A DNA stretch of 64,000 nucleotides from Thermomicrobiales bacterium. GTDB taxonomy: Bacteria > Chloroflexota > Chloroflexia > Thermomicrobiales > UBA6265. Under the pieces are notes generated by a model, which saw only the letters and a program-made list of their open reading frames with translations, did not search any database and had not been told where the DNA came from. Location of the stretch: NCBI GenBank assembly GCA_034431475.1, contig DAOUDE010000111.1, positions 6,931 to 70,930 of the forward strand, in the 5' to 3' direction. Within the stretch, counting starts at the first letter, position 1. Each line of letters opens with the position of its first letter. Of this stretch, positions 47,408 to 57,031 are shown piece after piece. Made by a program: the position numbers and the translations under genes.

Positions 47408-48436
47408 TCATGGATTCGATGGCGGCAGGTCAACCGTGCAGGAGAACGCGACGTTTGCCGCAAGCGGTGCGACATCCTCGCAGCGGTACGGTATGCCCGA
47501 ACCCATGGTTCGCAGGTTGCTGGCATCCACGTCGAGATAAGCAGCGCGACCAGCGAGCAAGTCGTCGGCGCGGCAAAATGTCGTGACGGTTACGCTGGCC
47601 TCTGCGCGCTCGAATGTGAACAGATCGCAGGTCACCCCACCTACGTTGTCCTCGCCATTAAAGCCCACCATGACCTTGGCCTCGATCTTGAGCATGGCGC
47701 TCATCAGCGTCGGCTCCGCGTACATGGAGCTACCAACTTCCATGAAGCCATCCCGCGCCGTGGCCAGAAGACGTTCGTCGTCCTGTTCCGGCGAAACTCC
47801 GTCGCCCGGGCTGATCGTGGCGTACGACGCATCGATGTCGCCGCTGATCTGACCGTCGACAAGCCAGCGATCACCGTCGCGCACAAAAATGAAAAAGGCC
47901 TGCTGCGGCACGCCCTTCGCGCCGTCGCCGTATCGAACACCCTGTGTCACGACTGCGCCGACCCGCTCGTCCGGGAGCACCCGCACCTGGCCCACGGTGA
48001 CCCAGGGAATGGTGCGCGGATCGCTGGCGACCTGTTCGTCGAGTGCTGCTACCACGTCGTCCAGCGGGCCGACATGCGCAACCGCATTGTCTGTGAGCAT
48101 GGCCGTGGCAAGCAAGCCATCGCCCGTGTTGAAACAGCCCGCGTACTCCTGCATGGTCGCCGCAATCTCGGCCACAATCTCCTCGTTGGCCGCCTCACCT
48201 TGCGGTAGGTCTTCCGGCTTACTCACCCATACATCGGCCTCGAAGCCCACGACACCGATGGGGCGCGGCGTCTCGACAGGGTCACCTGTAAGTTCGGTGA
48301 GCGTGCGCGGCGCGAGAGTGCAAGGCGTCGGCTTCAGCCGATCACGCTTCGCCCCAGCGTCCGTGAACGAAAGCGACATCGCACTGGTCACGGCAACTGC
48401 CATGGCAACGACGAGAACGAGGGCGTGTACACGCAT
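47408..48436 (-). CDS. Secreted hypothetical protein (possible NTF2-like N-terminal domain)
   Basis: Signal peptide; CTLAPR...EYAGCFNTGD...VRVLPDERVGA...FVRDGDRWLVD; Cys-containing C-terminal part. Confidence 0.7.
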   Translation of the reverse strand: MRVHALVLVVAMAVAVTSAMSLSFTDAGAKRDRLKPTPCTLAPRTLTELTGDPVETPRPIGVVGFEADVWVSKPEDLPQGEAANEEIVAEIAATMQEYAGCFNTGDGLLATAMLTDNAVAHVGPLDDVVAALDEQVASDPRTIPWVTVGQVRVLPDERVGAVVTQGVRYGDGAKGVPQQAFFIFVRDGDRWLVDGQISGDIDASYATISPGDGVSPEQDDERLLATARDGFMEVGSSMYAEPTLMSAMLKIEAKVMVGFNGEDNVGGVTCDLFTFERAEASVTVTTFCRADDLLAGRAAYLDVDASNLRTMGSGIPYRCEDVAPLAANVAFSCTVDLPPSNP

Positions 48437-48515
48437 CTCTTCACCTTTCTTGTCACAGAGTGAAGCGGTACAAGCATGTGATCAAAGATCGAGTACTTGC
48501 AGAAGCGTGACGCTA

Positions 48516-49544
48516 TCAGCCGCCCGGCGCGAAGTGATCGAACGCTCCAGGCGCTTCTGGCCGCGACACGCCATCCGGTCCGATCACGGTAATCGACGGC
48601 GCATCTTCGGCTGGCAGGATCCGCCCTACCGCGTGAATCTGGCCACCGGCAGCGGTCAGCGCCTGCTGCATGGAGTCCCACGTCCGCTCGGGTACGGTGA
48701 AGAGCAGCTCGTAGTCCTCGCCGCCGCGTGTGGCAAACGCGAGCCACTGCTCCGGGAAGAGCGCGCGCACGGCGGCTGCGACCGGAATGGCGCGGAGATC
48801 GACCTCTGCCGAGACGTTGCTGGCGGCGAGAATCTTTGGCAGATCGCCCATGAGGCCATCGCTGAGGTCCATGGCGGCGCTTGCGCCATGCTCGCGCAGC
48901 ACCTGGCCCAGTGCGACGCGCGGCTCGGGCCGCAGGTGCGCCTGCACCAGCAGGTCCGCGGTAGCTGCCTGCCGGGGCGCTCCCCGGTCCGCCAGGAGCT
49001 GCATCCCCGCTGCCGAGGCCCCCAGCGTGCCCGTGACGCCGATGATGTCTCCGGGCCGCGCGCCGCCGCGCGTGAGCCGCTGCACGCCCAGCAACTCACC
49101 CAATGCGGTGATGTGCAGGGCCAGGCCAAAGGGAGAGCGCACGATATCCCCGCCGGCAATGACCACGCCGTAGCGCCGGGCAACATCGCCCATGCCGGTG
49201 TAGAGCGCGACGAGGTCCGTGACGCGCTCACTGCCGCGCAAGCCGAGCGTGACCACCGCCACTTTCGGGACAGCACCCATCGCCGCCAGGTCGGAGACGT
49301 TCACGGCCAGCGCCTTGTGGCCAAGGCTCTCCCAGTCAGTCCAGTCCAGCCGGAAGTGAATCTCCTCGACCAGGCTATCGGTGGTGATAACGACGCTCGC
49401 GCCCGGGCTCGGCTGCCAGATGGCCGCGTCGTCGCCGATGCCGAGTTCCAGCGCGCTGCTCCGCCGCACTGTATCCGGCAGGGCTGCGTCGAGCCGCGCG
49501 ATCAGCCCGAACTCCCCGATGTCACTGACGCGGCGTTCGTCCAC
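48516..49544 (-). CDS. thiL: Thiamine-monophosphate kinase
   Basis: GEFGLIARL, GIGDDAA, KALAVNVSDLAAMGA, AGGD, AAMDLSDGL, GGEDYELLFT. Confidence 0.96.
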   Translation of the reverse strand: MDERRVSDIGEFGLIARLDAALPDTVRRSSALELGIGDDAAIWQPSPGASVVITTDSLVEEIHFRLDWTDWESLGHKALAVNVSDLAAMGAVPKVAVVTLGLRGSERVTDLVALYTGMGDVARRYGVVIAGGDIVRSPFGLALHITALGELLGVQRLTRGGARPGDIIGVTGTLGASAAGMQLLADRGAPRQAATADLLVQAHLRPEPRVALGQVLREHGASAAMDLSDGLMGDLPKILAASNVSAEVDLRAIPVAAAVRALFPEQWLAFATRGGEDYELLFTVPERTWDSMQQALTAAGGQIHAVGRILPAEDAPSITVIGPDGVSRPEAPGAFDHFAPGG

Positions 49545-49711
49545 GCACACCCTCACTGTCTGCGGCGCCGCACCCGGCCGGCGAGCAATCTGCCTGTGGC
49601 ATTGTGCAACCCGCAACGCCCGCCTGTTCAGGGCTGCCTGAGCAACCGATTGCGCCGATCAGGGCTGGTACGATTCCCGGCCATGATTGACGTACGCTCT
49701 GGCCGCTTCAC

Positions 49712-52700
49712 ATGATGCATCAGCCCGATACCGCAACAACCGCGAGTTCCGCCGCACCGGCGGCGGGCGTCGCCCCACGCCCTGCTTCCAACCTCCCGCC
49801 GCCCACTGACCGGGCAGATGCCGAGATTGCGCAGTTCGAGGCGTTTTATCCCTTTGCCCTGGACGAGTTCCAGCGCGAAGCGATACGCACCCTCTTGCAC
49901 GGCGATTCCGTGATGGTCGCCGCCCCAACCGGGACTGGCAAGACGGTCGTCGCGGAATTTGGCGTGTGGGATGCGTTCAAGCGCACCGGCCGCGTGATCT
50001 ACACCACGCCCATCAAGGCACTCTCGAACCAGAAGTATCGCGATCTGCGCGCTATCTACGGCGACGAAGTGGGCCTGCTCACCGGCGATGTCTCCGAGAA
50101 CCGCGATGCGCGAGCCGTCGTCATGACCACGGAAGTCCTGCGCAACATGCTGCTGCAGACCCCGTGGGACCTGGATAACGTCGACACCGTCATCTTCGAC
50201 GAGATCCACTACCTCGCCGACCCGGAGCGCGGCACCACCTGGGAAGAGGCGATCATCCTCTGCCCGGACCACGTGCAACTGATCTGCCTCTCGGCGACCA
50301 TCAACAACGCGGACGAGATCGCCGACTGGATCAGCCGCACCCACCGGCCGATTCGCCTGATCACACACTACGACCGCGCCGTGCCACTGGCGCTGCACTA
50401 CTTCCACGACGGCAAGCTCAACCTGGTGGTGAACCACCGGGGCGAGCGCGTCCAGGATTTTCCCCACACCGGGGGTGAACTGCGCAAACAGTCCCAGCGT
50501 GGCGGGTTTGGCCGCCGCAAGTCGGAGCGCGCCACGCCGGAGATGGACGAGCCGCAACCACGCGAGATCGTGGACGCCCTGGCGTCGCGCGACATGCTGC
50601 CCGCCATCTACTTCCTGTTCAGCCGGGCAGACTGCCAGGCCTACGCCGAGCGCCTGGCTGTGATGCGCCCGAACCTCGTCACGCCGCGCCAGGCGGACCT
50701 GATCGAGCAAACGATGAACGCCGTGCTGGCCGGAATGCGGGACGAAGACCGTGACCTGGAGCAGGTGCAAACGATCACCGCCCTCGCCCGCAAGGGGATC
50801 GGCTTCCACCACGCCGGCCTGCTGCCGATCCTGAAGCAACTCGTGGAGATTCTCTTTGCGCGCGGGCTGATGGAAGTGGTTTTCGCGACAGATACCCTGG
50901 CGCTCGGCGTCAACATGCCCGCCCGCACCGTCGTGATCGGGCGCATGAGCAAGTGGGATGGCCGCCGCCGCCGCATGTTGATCCCGAACGAGTTCCAGCA
51001 GATGGCGGGGCGGGCCGGCCGGCGCGGTATGGACCCGTTCGGCCACGTCGTGGTGCCCTACTCGCCCTGGTTCACCTTCCGTGAAACGCTCGATATCGCC
51101 ACGGGCGAGCTGCATCCGGTGCGGTCGGCCTTCGCCATTCGCTACAACACCGTCCTTAACCTGTGGGATCCGCCACACGGCGAACGGGTGCGCGCCCTGC
51201 TCCAGCAGAGCCTGGGGCAGTTCCAGAGCAGCCAGCGCATCCGCGACCTGGAGGACATGATCATCGCCGTCGGCGAGGAGATCGAGCAGGTTCCCCAGGG
51301 GTGCCTGATCGGGCTGGATGCCGGAGATGAACTGCTGGAGGACTACCGGCGCCTGAACCGCTCTTTGACCGCAGCCCAGAACAAGGAGCGCCGCCTCGAA
51401 TCGGAGCAGTCCACCGTACTGCGCGATGTCGAGATCTCCGTACCCTGGAGCGAACCAGGCCGGCAGGCCCTGCGCCGTGCCCTGCGTGCGGCGCGTCCCG
51501 GCGCCGTGGCGCACATGCGAGATGAGGGCTGGGCCATCCTGCTGGGCAAGGGCAAGCAGGGCGGCGTCGGCCGGTTCCTCCTGAAAGACGGCCGCATTCT
51601 CCTGCTCACCGAGTACCGGCAAATCGATCACCTCACGGACAAGCGGGTGGTCGTGCCAGAGGCACTCCATGAGCCGAGCGACGCCATCACGGACGCCACG
51701 GACCTGGCCGATGCCGCTGACCTGGACGCACTGTGGCAGGACGTTGCTGCGCTCGAATTGCCTGATCTGGACGAAATGGCAGCGGCCCACCGCACGCTGG
51801 AAACCGAGCGTGCGGCCACCCGGGTCGCTCTCCTGGCGACTGACCTGAACGACGCCAAAGCCCTCACCCAGTCGCTCTGGCAGGAGCGGCAGGGTCACCC
51901 TTGCCACACCTGCGAACGCCGCAACGAGCACCGCGACTACCTCGCCCAGGTGGACCGCCTGGACAAGGAGCGGCGCGAACTGGAAGAAGCCCTGGGGCGG
52001 GAGATCGACCAGGAGGAAGAGCGGCTGCGCAACGTCATTCGCGGCATCCGCAACGTCCTGCACCGCTTCGGGTACCTGCATCGCGGCTACCCGACCGAGA
52101 AGGCGGATATGCTGGCGGATGTCTTCGACAACGACGGCCTGATCCTGTGCGAACTGGTGGACCGGGGCGTGCTGGATCACCTGCCGCCAGAAGATCTGGC
52201 CGAGGTCTTCTCCTGGTTCTCCTTCGACCGTGAGTTCCGCTACGGCAACCGTTTCGTGTTGCCCGACCGCCTGGTCCTGGCTCGCCGCCGCATCGAGGAT
52301 GTGGAGCACGCGGTGCTGGGCGAAGAGCGCAGCGAAGGGCTTTCGATCTCCGAAGGCCATAATCCAAACTTCTACGGCGCGGCGCGCGCCTGGTGCCGTG
52401 GCTCCAGCATGGCGGAAATCAGCGACAAGATCGAACTCTCCGAGGGCGATCTGGTCATGACGTTCAACAAGACCATTGACCTGCTCAGGCAAGTCGGAGA
52501 GATGTTGCAGCAGGTGAATCCTGAGCACCCGCTGCGCGGCCGCCTGCGCCAGGCTGAGTCCCTGTTGAAGCGCGACATTGTCGAGCACTCGTTGGTGCTC
52601 GGGTTTGCGCCGATCGAGCTCCCGGAAATCGCCCGCGCCGAGCTTGAGGCCGCCCGCGCGGAATCACCGCCCCCGCGCAAGCCGCGCAGCCGCAAGACGC

Positions 52701-52855
52701 AGGCAGCCGCCGAGGCCCCGGCCGCACCGGAAGCCATCGAGAAGCCAGCCCGCAAGCGTACGGCGCGCAAGAAGGCGGATGCTGTGGAGCCCGAGGCCGG
52801 GCCGAAGCCGGCCAGCCGCACCCGGCGCAAGTCGCCGGCGGCGGTCGAGGGCTAG
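49712..52855 (+). CDS. helY: Ski2-like/HelY DEAD/DEAH-box RNA helicase with DSHCT domain
   Basis: APTGTGKT, PIKALSNQK, DEIH, LSAT, ATDTLALGVNMPA, QMAGRAGRRG, HPCHTC, C-terminal DSHCT-like region. Confidence 0.9.
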   Translation: MMHQPDTATTASSAAPAAGVAPRPASNLPPPTDRADAEIAQFEAFYPFALDEFQREAIRTLLHGDSVMVAAPTGTGKTVVAEFGVWDAFKRTGRVIYTTPIKALSNQKYRDLRAIYGDEVGLLTGDVSENRDARAVVMTTEVLRNMLLQTPWDLDNVDTVIFDEIHYLADPERGTTWEEAIILCPDHVQLICLSATINNADEIADWISRTHRPIRLITHYDRAVPLALHYFHDGKLNLVVNHRGERVQDFPHTGGELRKQSQRGGFGRRKSERATPEMDEPQPREIVDALASRDMLPAIYFLFSRADCQAYAERLAVMRPNLVTPRQADLIEQTMNAVLAGMRDEDRDLEQVQTITALARKGIGFHHAGLLPILKQLVEILFARGLMEVVFATDTLALGVNMPARTVVIGRMSKWDGRRRRMLIPNEFQQMAGRAGRRGMDPFGHVVVPYSPWFTFRETLDIATGELHPVRSAFAIRYNTVLNLWDPPHGERVRALLQQSLGQFQSSQRIRDLEDMIIAVGEEIEQVPQGCLIGLDAGDELLEDYRRLNRSLTAAQNKERRLESEQSTVLRDVEISVPWSEPGRQALRRALRAARPGAVAHMRDEGWAILLGKGKQGGVGRFLLKDGRILLLTEYRQIDHLTDKRVVVPEALHEPSDAITDATDLADAADLDALWQDVAALELPDLDEMAAAHRTLETERAATRVALLATDLNDAKALTQSLWQERQGHPCHTCERRNEHRDYLAQVDRLDKERRELEEALGREIDQEEERLRNVIRGIRNVLHRFGYLHRGYPTEKADMLADVFDNDGLILCELVDRGVLDHLPPEDLAEVFSWFSFDREFRYGNRFVLPDRLVLARRRIEDVEHAVLGEERSEGLSISEGHNPNFYGAARAWCRGSSMAEISDKIELSEGDLVMTFNKTIDLLRQVGEMLQQVNPEHPLRGRLRQAESLLKRDIVEHSLVLGFAPIELPEIARAELEAARAESPPPRKPRSRKTQAAAEAPAAPEAIEKPARKRTARKKADAVEPEAGPKPASRTRRKSPAAVEG

Positions 52856-53127
52856 CCGGCAGCCAGCAGCCACCCAGCCGCAGCCAGGCACGCCACGCCC
52901 AACGCCACGTTGAGCCCAATCAGGGCGGTAATCGGGCGCAACGCCTGCGGCTCCAGGTACGCGCGAACACTGGCAAGCAGGTACGCCAGGATGAACAGGC
53001 CGATGCCCAGCACCGCCAGCCCGGCAGGTACGCTGTAGAGCAGCGCCAGTGCGGGTGCTGCCAGCACCGCCACCGCCAGGAGCGCCCGCACCAGTACTTC
53101 AACCCGTGGGTTTGATCGCATCCCCAT
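52852..53127 (-). CDS. Small three-TM membrane protein
   Basis: Hydrophobic 3' part of the 52852..53352 ORF; start taken at ATG 53127 or 53121. Confidence 0.55.
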   Translation of the reverse strand: MGMRSNPRVEVLVRALLAVAVLAAPALALLYSVPAGLAVLGIGLFILAYLLASVRAYLEPQALRPITALIGLNVALGVACLAAAGWLLAAG

Positions 53128-53240
53128 CACCGGTGCACAATTGTGCTTCGCGCTGCCCAGGCCGCGTGCGGAGGGGAGCATGCGCGTATTCGCCCCCATG
53201 TCGTGGGCACGCAGCCATCTCCTCCCAGACTGGTGTCTGC

Positions 53241-54944
53241 ATGACCTTCTGTACGACGTGCGCCACGCCAATCCCCCTCCATGGTACGCACTGTCCACAG
53301 TGCCACGCCGCAGTGGCCACACCAGCCGTGGCGATGCCCACGGTGGGGTCATCCTCCGGCACGCGCACGGTCGGGCGCGTCCTGCGCCTGGCGCCCCTGC
53401 TCCTGCTCTTCGCCCTTGCCGGCGCGCTCATCGAAGTTGAACTTTCTGAGCGAGCCTGGCTCGATTCAGCGTACGCAGCTGCCACCGCTGCCGAAAGCGC
53501 CGGGGATCTGGTTCAGGCGCGAGCAGCGTTCGCCGCCATTCCCGGGTATCGGGACGCCACCCAGCGCGCAGACCGCCTGACGAACCTCCTGGCGCCGCAG
53601 GAGGCAAGCTACGCCGCCGGGCGGGAGGCCATGCGACGCGGCGATTACGCAGCGGCAGTTTCCCTGCTGGAGCCGGTAGCGGAAACGGCGCCTACGCTAG
53701 GTGATGTGACGATTGACCTCGGCGACGCCAGACGGCTTCTCGGTCTCGATCTGCGCCGCGAAGTAGACGCCGCGCTCTCCGTGCGGGATTGGACGACCGC
53801 CGAACACACGTTGCGTGACCTGGCAACCCTCGACCCGGCGAACCAGAGCGCCCGCGCCGACCTGGCGACGTTGCAGCGCGACCACGGACCACTGCTGGTG
53901 GGCTACAACCGCGAGCTCTGGCTGATGTCGCCGGAAGGCTCCATGGAGCGCCAGCTCGCCCCGAACATCCAGGTCATCTGGCCAACCTGGAGCCCGGACC
54001 GCGCGCAGATCGCCTTCATGGCCCCGAATCCCAAGGATGATTCAGGCGATCTGGACTTGTACCTGACCGGCGTGGATGGCTCCGCGCCCCGCCTCATCGG
54101 CAGTGGCGTCTCTGGCCACGCCGCGCCCTCCTGGAGCCCGGACGGCACACGCATCGCCTACACCAGCTTCGCCGGCTATGACCCCATGCTGGAGAGCGGC
54201 TCCATCAGCGTGCGCGTAGTCGATATCGCCTCCGGGGTTGAACAGGACCTCACCGGCAGCACGTTCGAGCTGGCTTTCAACCCGGCCTGGGCGCCCGATG
54301 GCCAGCAACTCGCCTTCGTGGCGAAGGACATGAGCAGTGACGACCGCCCCCAACATGCGCCGGGTGACGTGTATCTCTACACCTATGCGGACAAGCAGAT
54401 GACAAACCTGACGCACGGCGAGGTCGATGACGTCTGGAACGCCGCGTGGTCGCCTCTCGGCGACAGCTTGCTCCTCTACAGCCGCTTTGGCCAGACCTGG
54501 TACGAACCGCCCTCGACGGCCATCCGCAGCCTGGAAATCGCAACCGGGGACTTGGCCGTGATCGCCGATCTGGACCAACACGCCGGGATGCCCGTCTGGG
54601 CGCCAGATGGCTCACGCTTCGCCTACACGGCGGATGAGAATGTGATCATCGTGGTCGATGCTGACGGCAGCGCTGTCCAGTTCGAGACCGCGTCGACGCT
54701 TTCCGGTGACATTACCTGGAGCCCCGACGGCTCGGCCCTGCTCGCGGCGCCGTGGGATATCCAGGGCAAGAGTGTGCTACTCGATCTGGCTGGCAGCGAT
54801 CCGAAGGCCACGGAACTCGACATCAAGTACGACTCTAATCCGCCCTTTGTCTCCCCGCCGCAGTGGGCCACGGCTGCCCCAATTCCGCCCGCCGACAACC
54901 TCTCCCTCGCCCAGCCAGCCGCATCTGGCGGTGGCCTGCAGTGA
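53241..54944 (+). CDS. Zn-ribbon / TM / helical repeat / PD40 (TolB-like) beta-propeller protein
   Basis: CTTC...CPQC, one TM, helical GYRDA segment, repeated PTWSPD/PSWSPDG/PAWAPDG/AWSPLG/PVWAPDG/TWSPDG. Confidence 0.8.
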   Translation: MTFCTTCATPIPLHGTHCPQCHAAVATPAVAMPTVGSSSGTRTVGRVLRLAPLLLLFALAGALIEVELSERAWLDSAYAAATAAESAGDLVQARAAFAAIPGYRDATQRADRLTNLLAPQEASYAAGREAMRRGDYAAAVSLLEPVAETAPTLGDVTIDLGDARRLLGLDLRREVDAALSVRDWTTAEHTLRDLATLDPANQSARADLATLQRDHGPLLVGYNRELWLMSPEGSMERQLAPNIQVIWPTWSPDRAQIAFMAPNPKDDSGDLDLYLTGVDGSAPRLIGSGVSGHAAPSWSPDGTRIAYTSFAGYDPMLESGSISVRVVDIASGVEQDLTGSTFELAFNPAWAPDGQQLAFVAKDMSSDDRPQHAPGDVYLYTYADKQMTNLTHGEVDDVWNAAWSPLGDSLLLYSRFGQTWYEPPSTAIRSLEIATGDLAVIADLDQHAGMPVWAPDGSRFAYTADENVIIVVDADGSAVQFETASTLSGDITWSPDGSALLAAPWDIQGKSVLLDLAGSDPKATELDIKYDSNPPFVSPPQWATAAPIPPADNLSLAQPAASGGGLQ

Positions 54945-55450
54945 CCGGCACGCCACTGGCCGAACTCCAGGTAGCGACCGAGAGCAGTGACCAGACCGAG
55001 CGCCTTGGCGAAGCCATTGGCGTATGGTTGCAGCCCGGCGATGTCGTGCTCCTGCATGGTGACCTTGGCGCGGGCAAGACGACGTTGACCAAGGGCATCG
55101 CACGGGCGTTGGGTGTGGCAGACACCGTCTCCAGCCCGTCGTTCGCTCTCGTCAACGAGTACGCCCTGCCTGGCTTCCGCCTCTTCCACCTCGATCTCTA
55201 CCGGCTCAACGACCCGGCTGGCCTGGAGAGCATCGGGTTCCCCGAGTTGACCTCCGCCGAAGACGCCATCGCCATCGTCGAATGGCCGGAGCGGGCCGGC
55301 GCTCTACTGCCCGACCGCTACCTGCTGGTGGATATTGCGTACGTCGCCGACGGACGCCGGGAACTGCGTGTCAGCGGCGTACCAGACAGCGCCTGGCTGG
55401 AGCGCCTGCCAGCCCTACGTCGTGAGCTTACGTCAAGCTGGAGGGACTGA
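54941..55450 (+). CDS. tsaE: t6A biosynthesis ATPase TsaE
   Basis: GDLGAGKTT, SPSFALVNEY, HLDLYRL, IVEWPER; GTG overlaps the upstream stop. Confidence 0.95.
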   Translation: MTGTPLAELQVATESSDQTERLGEAIGVWLQPGDVVLLHGDLGAGKTTLTKGIARALGVADTVSSPSFALVNEYALPGFRLFHLDLYRLNDPAGLESIGFPELTSAEDAIAIVEWPERAGALLPDRYLLVDIAYVADGRRELRVSGVPDSAWLERLPALRRELTSSWRD

Positions 55451-55523
55451 CCCGCCACGCCCTCCGCTACACTGGCGCGGCCTGGGCGCGATGGCGTGCC
55501 CACACCGAGACCAGATCGGCCAT

Positions 55524-56207
55524 ATGCCAGCAAACCCGGTAGACCCTACGTCCATACTCGTCATCGACACCTCCACCGCCCAGGGGAGTGTCGCGCTCTA
55601 CGACGGCGAGCAGCTCTCCATGCGGTCCTGGCCGGCTGACCGAAACCACACCACCACCCTGCTCGGTGAGATCCATCACCTGCTGGCTGGGGCAGGCATC
55701 TCCGGCGATGCGCTGGCGGCGGTCGCGATGACCAGTGGACCGGGGTCGTTCACCGCGCTGCGGGTTGGCATGGGTGTCGCCAAGGGGTTTCACCTCGCCC
55801 TGGATACCCCGCTGATTGCCATCTCGACGTTGGAGGCGACAGCACTGCCGTATGCGGTGGGAGATCAGCGCATCGTCGCGACGCTCGCCGCCGGGCGGGG
55901 CCGCCTGGTCTGGCAGCAGTTCACGCCCACCGGTGAGGCCGTGATGCCCCACACAGCGCCCCGTAACGGAACCGGCGACGATCTTGTGGCGGAGTTGCGC
56001 GCCGCACCGGTCACCCGCTTCATCATCGCCGGTGAACTGGCTGCCGCGCACGCCGTGCAGGTGGCCGCTGAACCGAATGTGTTTCTCCCCCCGGCCGCGT
56101 TGCGTTACCGGCAGCCGGGCGCGCTGGCCGAGCTTGCCTGGCGCAAGTGGCAGGCACAGGATCTCGCCGATCCCGTGCTGCTGGAGCCTGTCTACCTCTC
56201 GCGGTAG
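55524..56207 (+). CDS. tsaB: t6A biosynthesis protein TsaB
   Basis: LVIDTST, HTTTLL, GPGSFTALRVG, EPVYL. Confidence 0.93.
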   Translation: MPANPVDPTSILVIDTSTAQGSVALYDGEQLSMRSWPADRNHTTTLLGEIHHLLAGAGISGDALAAVAMTSGPGSFTALRVGMGVAKGFHLALDTPLIAISTLEATALPYAVGDQRIVATLAAGRGRLVWQQFTPTGEAVMPHTAPRNGTGDDLVAELRAAPVTRFIIAGELAAAHAVQVAAEPNVFLPPAALRYRQPGALAELAWRKWQAQDLADPVLLEPVYLSR

Positions 56208-56281
56208 CCTGGCCCACCTTGCCGCACTGTGTACCGTCAGGACGTTGTGTCACAGCGCAGCCAGGTGCTACCGTCCGCGCC

Positions 56282-57031
56282 ATGAGCTCGCTTCAGCGAA
56301 CGCCGTCCACCCACCAATCCGAACACACGCTCGCGCCGCTTTACCGGCTGGACCCCATGACCGTCGATGATGTGGCGGCCGTGGGCCGGGTCGAGCGCCG
56401 GTGTTTCCCGAATCCGTGGCCCGCCTCCGCCTACCGGCGCGAGTTGCAGGACCAGCGGCAGAACCATTACCTCGTGCTGCGCGCACTGGCCCCGGCCGGG
56501 GGCGAGCCGCACGACGAGGCCACCCATTCCCGCAGCTTGCCCCGGCGCTCGCTGCTGCCGCTCCACCTGGGCCGCCGCCACGAGCACGACTCGATGCCAG
56601 CGCAGATCATCGGCTTTGCCGGGATGTGGCAGTCGTTCGACGAAGCGCACGTGACCACCATCGGGGTCGATCCTGCCTATCGGGGCCAAAGCCTGGGCGA
56701 GTTGTTGCTGCTCAGCATGTTCGACGCGGCCCTCGCCCGTGGCGCGAACTGGCTGACCCTGGAGGTGCGCGTCACCAACGAACCTGCCCAGGCGCTCTAC
56801 CGCAAGTACGGCTTCACCGTGCATGGCGTCCGCAAGCGGTACTACAGCGACAACAACGAGGACGCGCTGATCATGTGGTCCCGGGCGCTGAGTGAGCCCG
56901 ATGTCCTGGCGGAGCTGGAGGCCCACCGCGCGGCGTTGCACGCCCGGCTCCAGGAGAAAGTTGACCCGGGCGGCGTCACGCCATTCCCGGCCGCTGCCTG
57001 CCCGGCCCCACCCCCGGAGGCAACTCCATGA
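56282..57031 (+). CDS. rimI: Ribosomal-protein N-acetyltransferase RimI
   Basis: FPNPW, AHVTTIGV, YRGQSLG, TLEVRVTN, RKRYYSDNNEDALIMW. Confidence 0.92.
   Translation: MSSLQRTPSTHQSEHTLAPLYRLDPMTVDDVAAVGRVERRCFPNPWPASAYRRELQDQRQNHYLVLRALAPAGGEPHDEATHSRSLPRRSLLPLHLGRRHEHDSMPAQIIGFAGMWQSFDEAHVTTIGVDPAYRGQSLGELLLLSMFDAALARGANWLTLEVRVTNEPAQALYRKYGFTVHGVRKRYYSDNNEDALIMWSRALSEPDVLAELEAHRAALHARLQEKVDPGGVTPFPAAACPAPPPEATP

Noticed and set aside
49545-49711. TPP riboswitch upstream of thiL
   Set aside because: A CCTGATC-like fragment is present, but the CTGAGA and downstream consensus elements are not in the correct order
49628-52588. Long antisense ORFs (for example 986 aa here, 914 aa at 37992-40736, 561 aa at 6624-8309, 524 aa at 28629-30203)
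   Set aside because: They shadow well-supported genes on the opposite strand, lack motifs, and are expected in high-GC DNA with few stop codons
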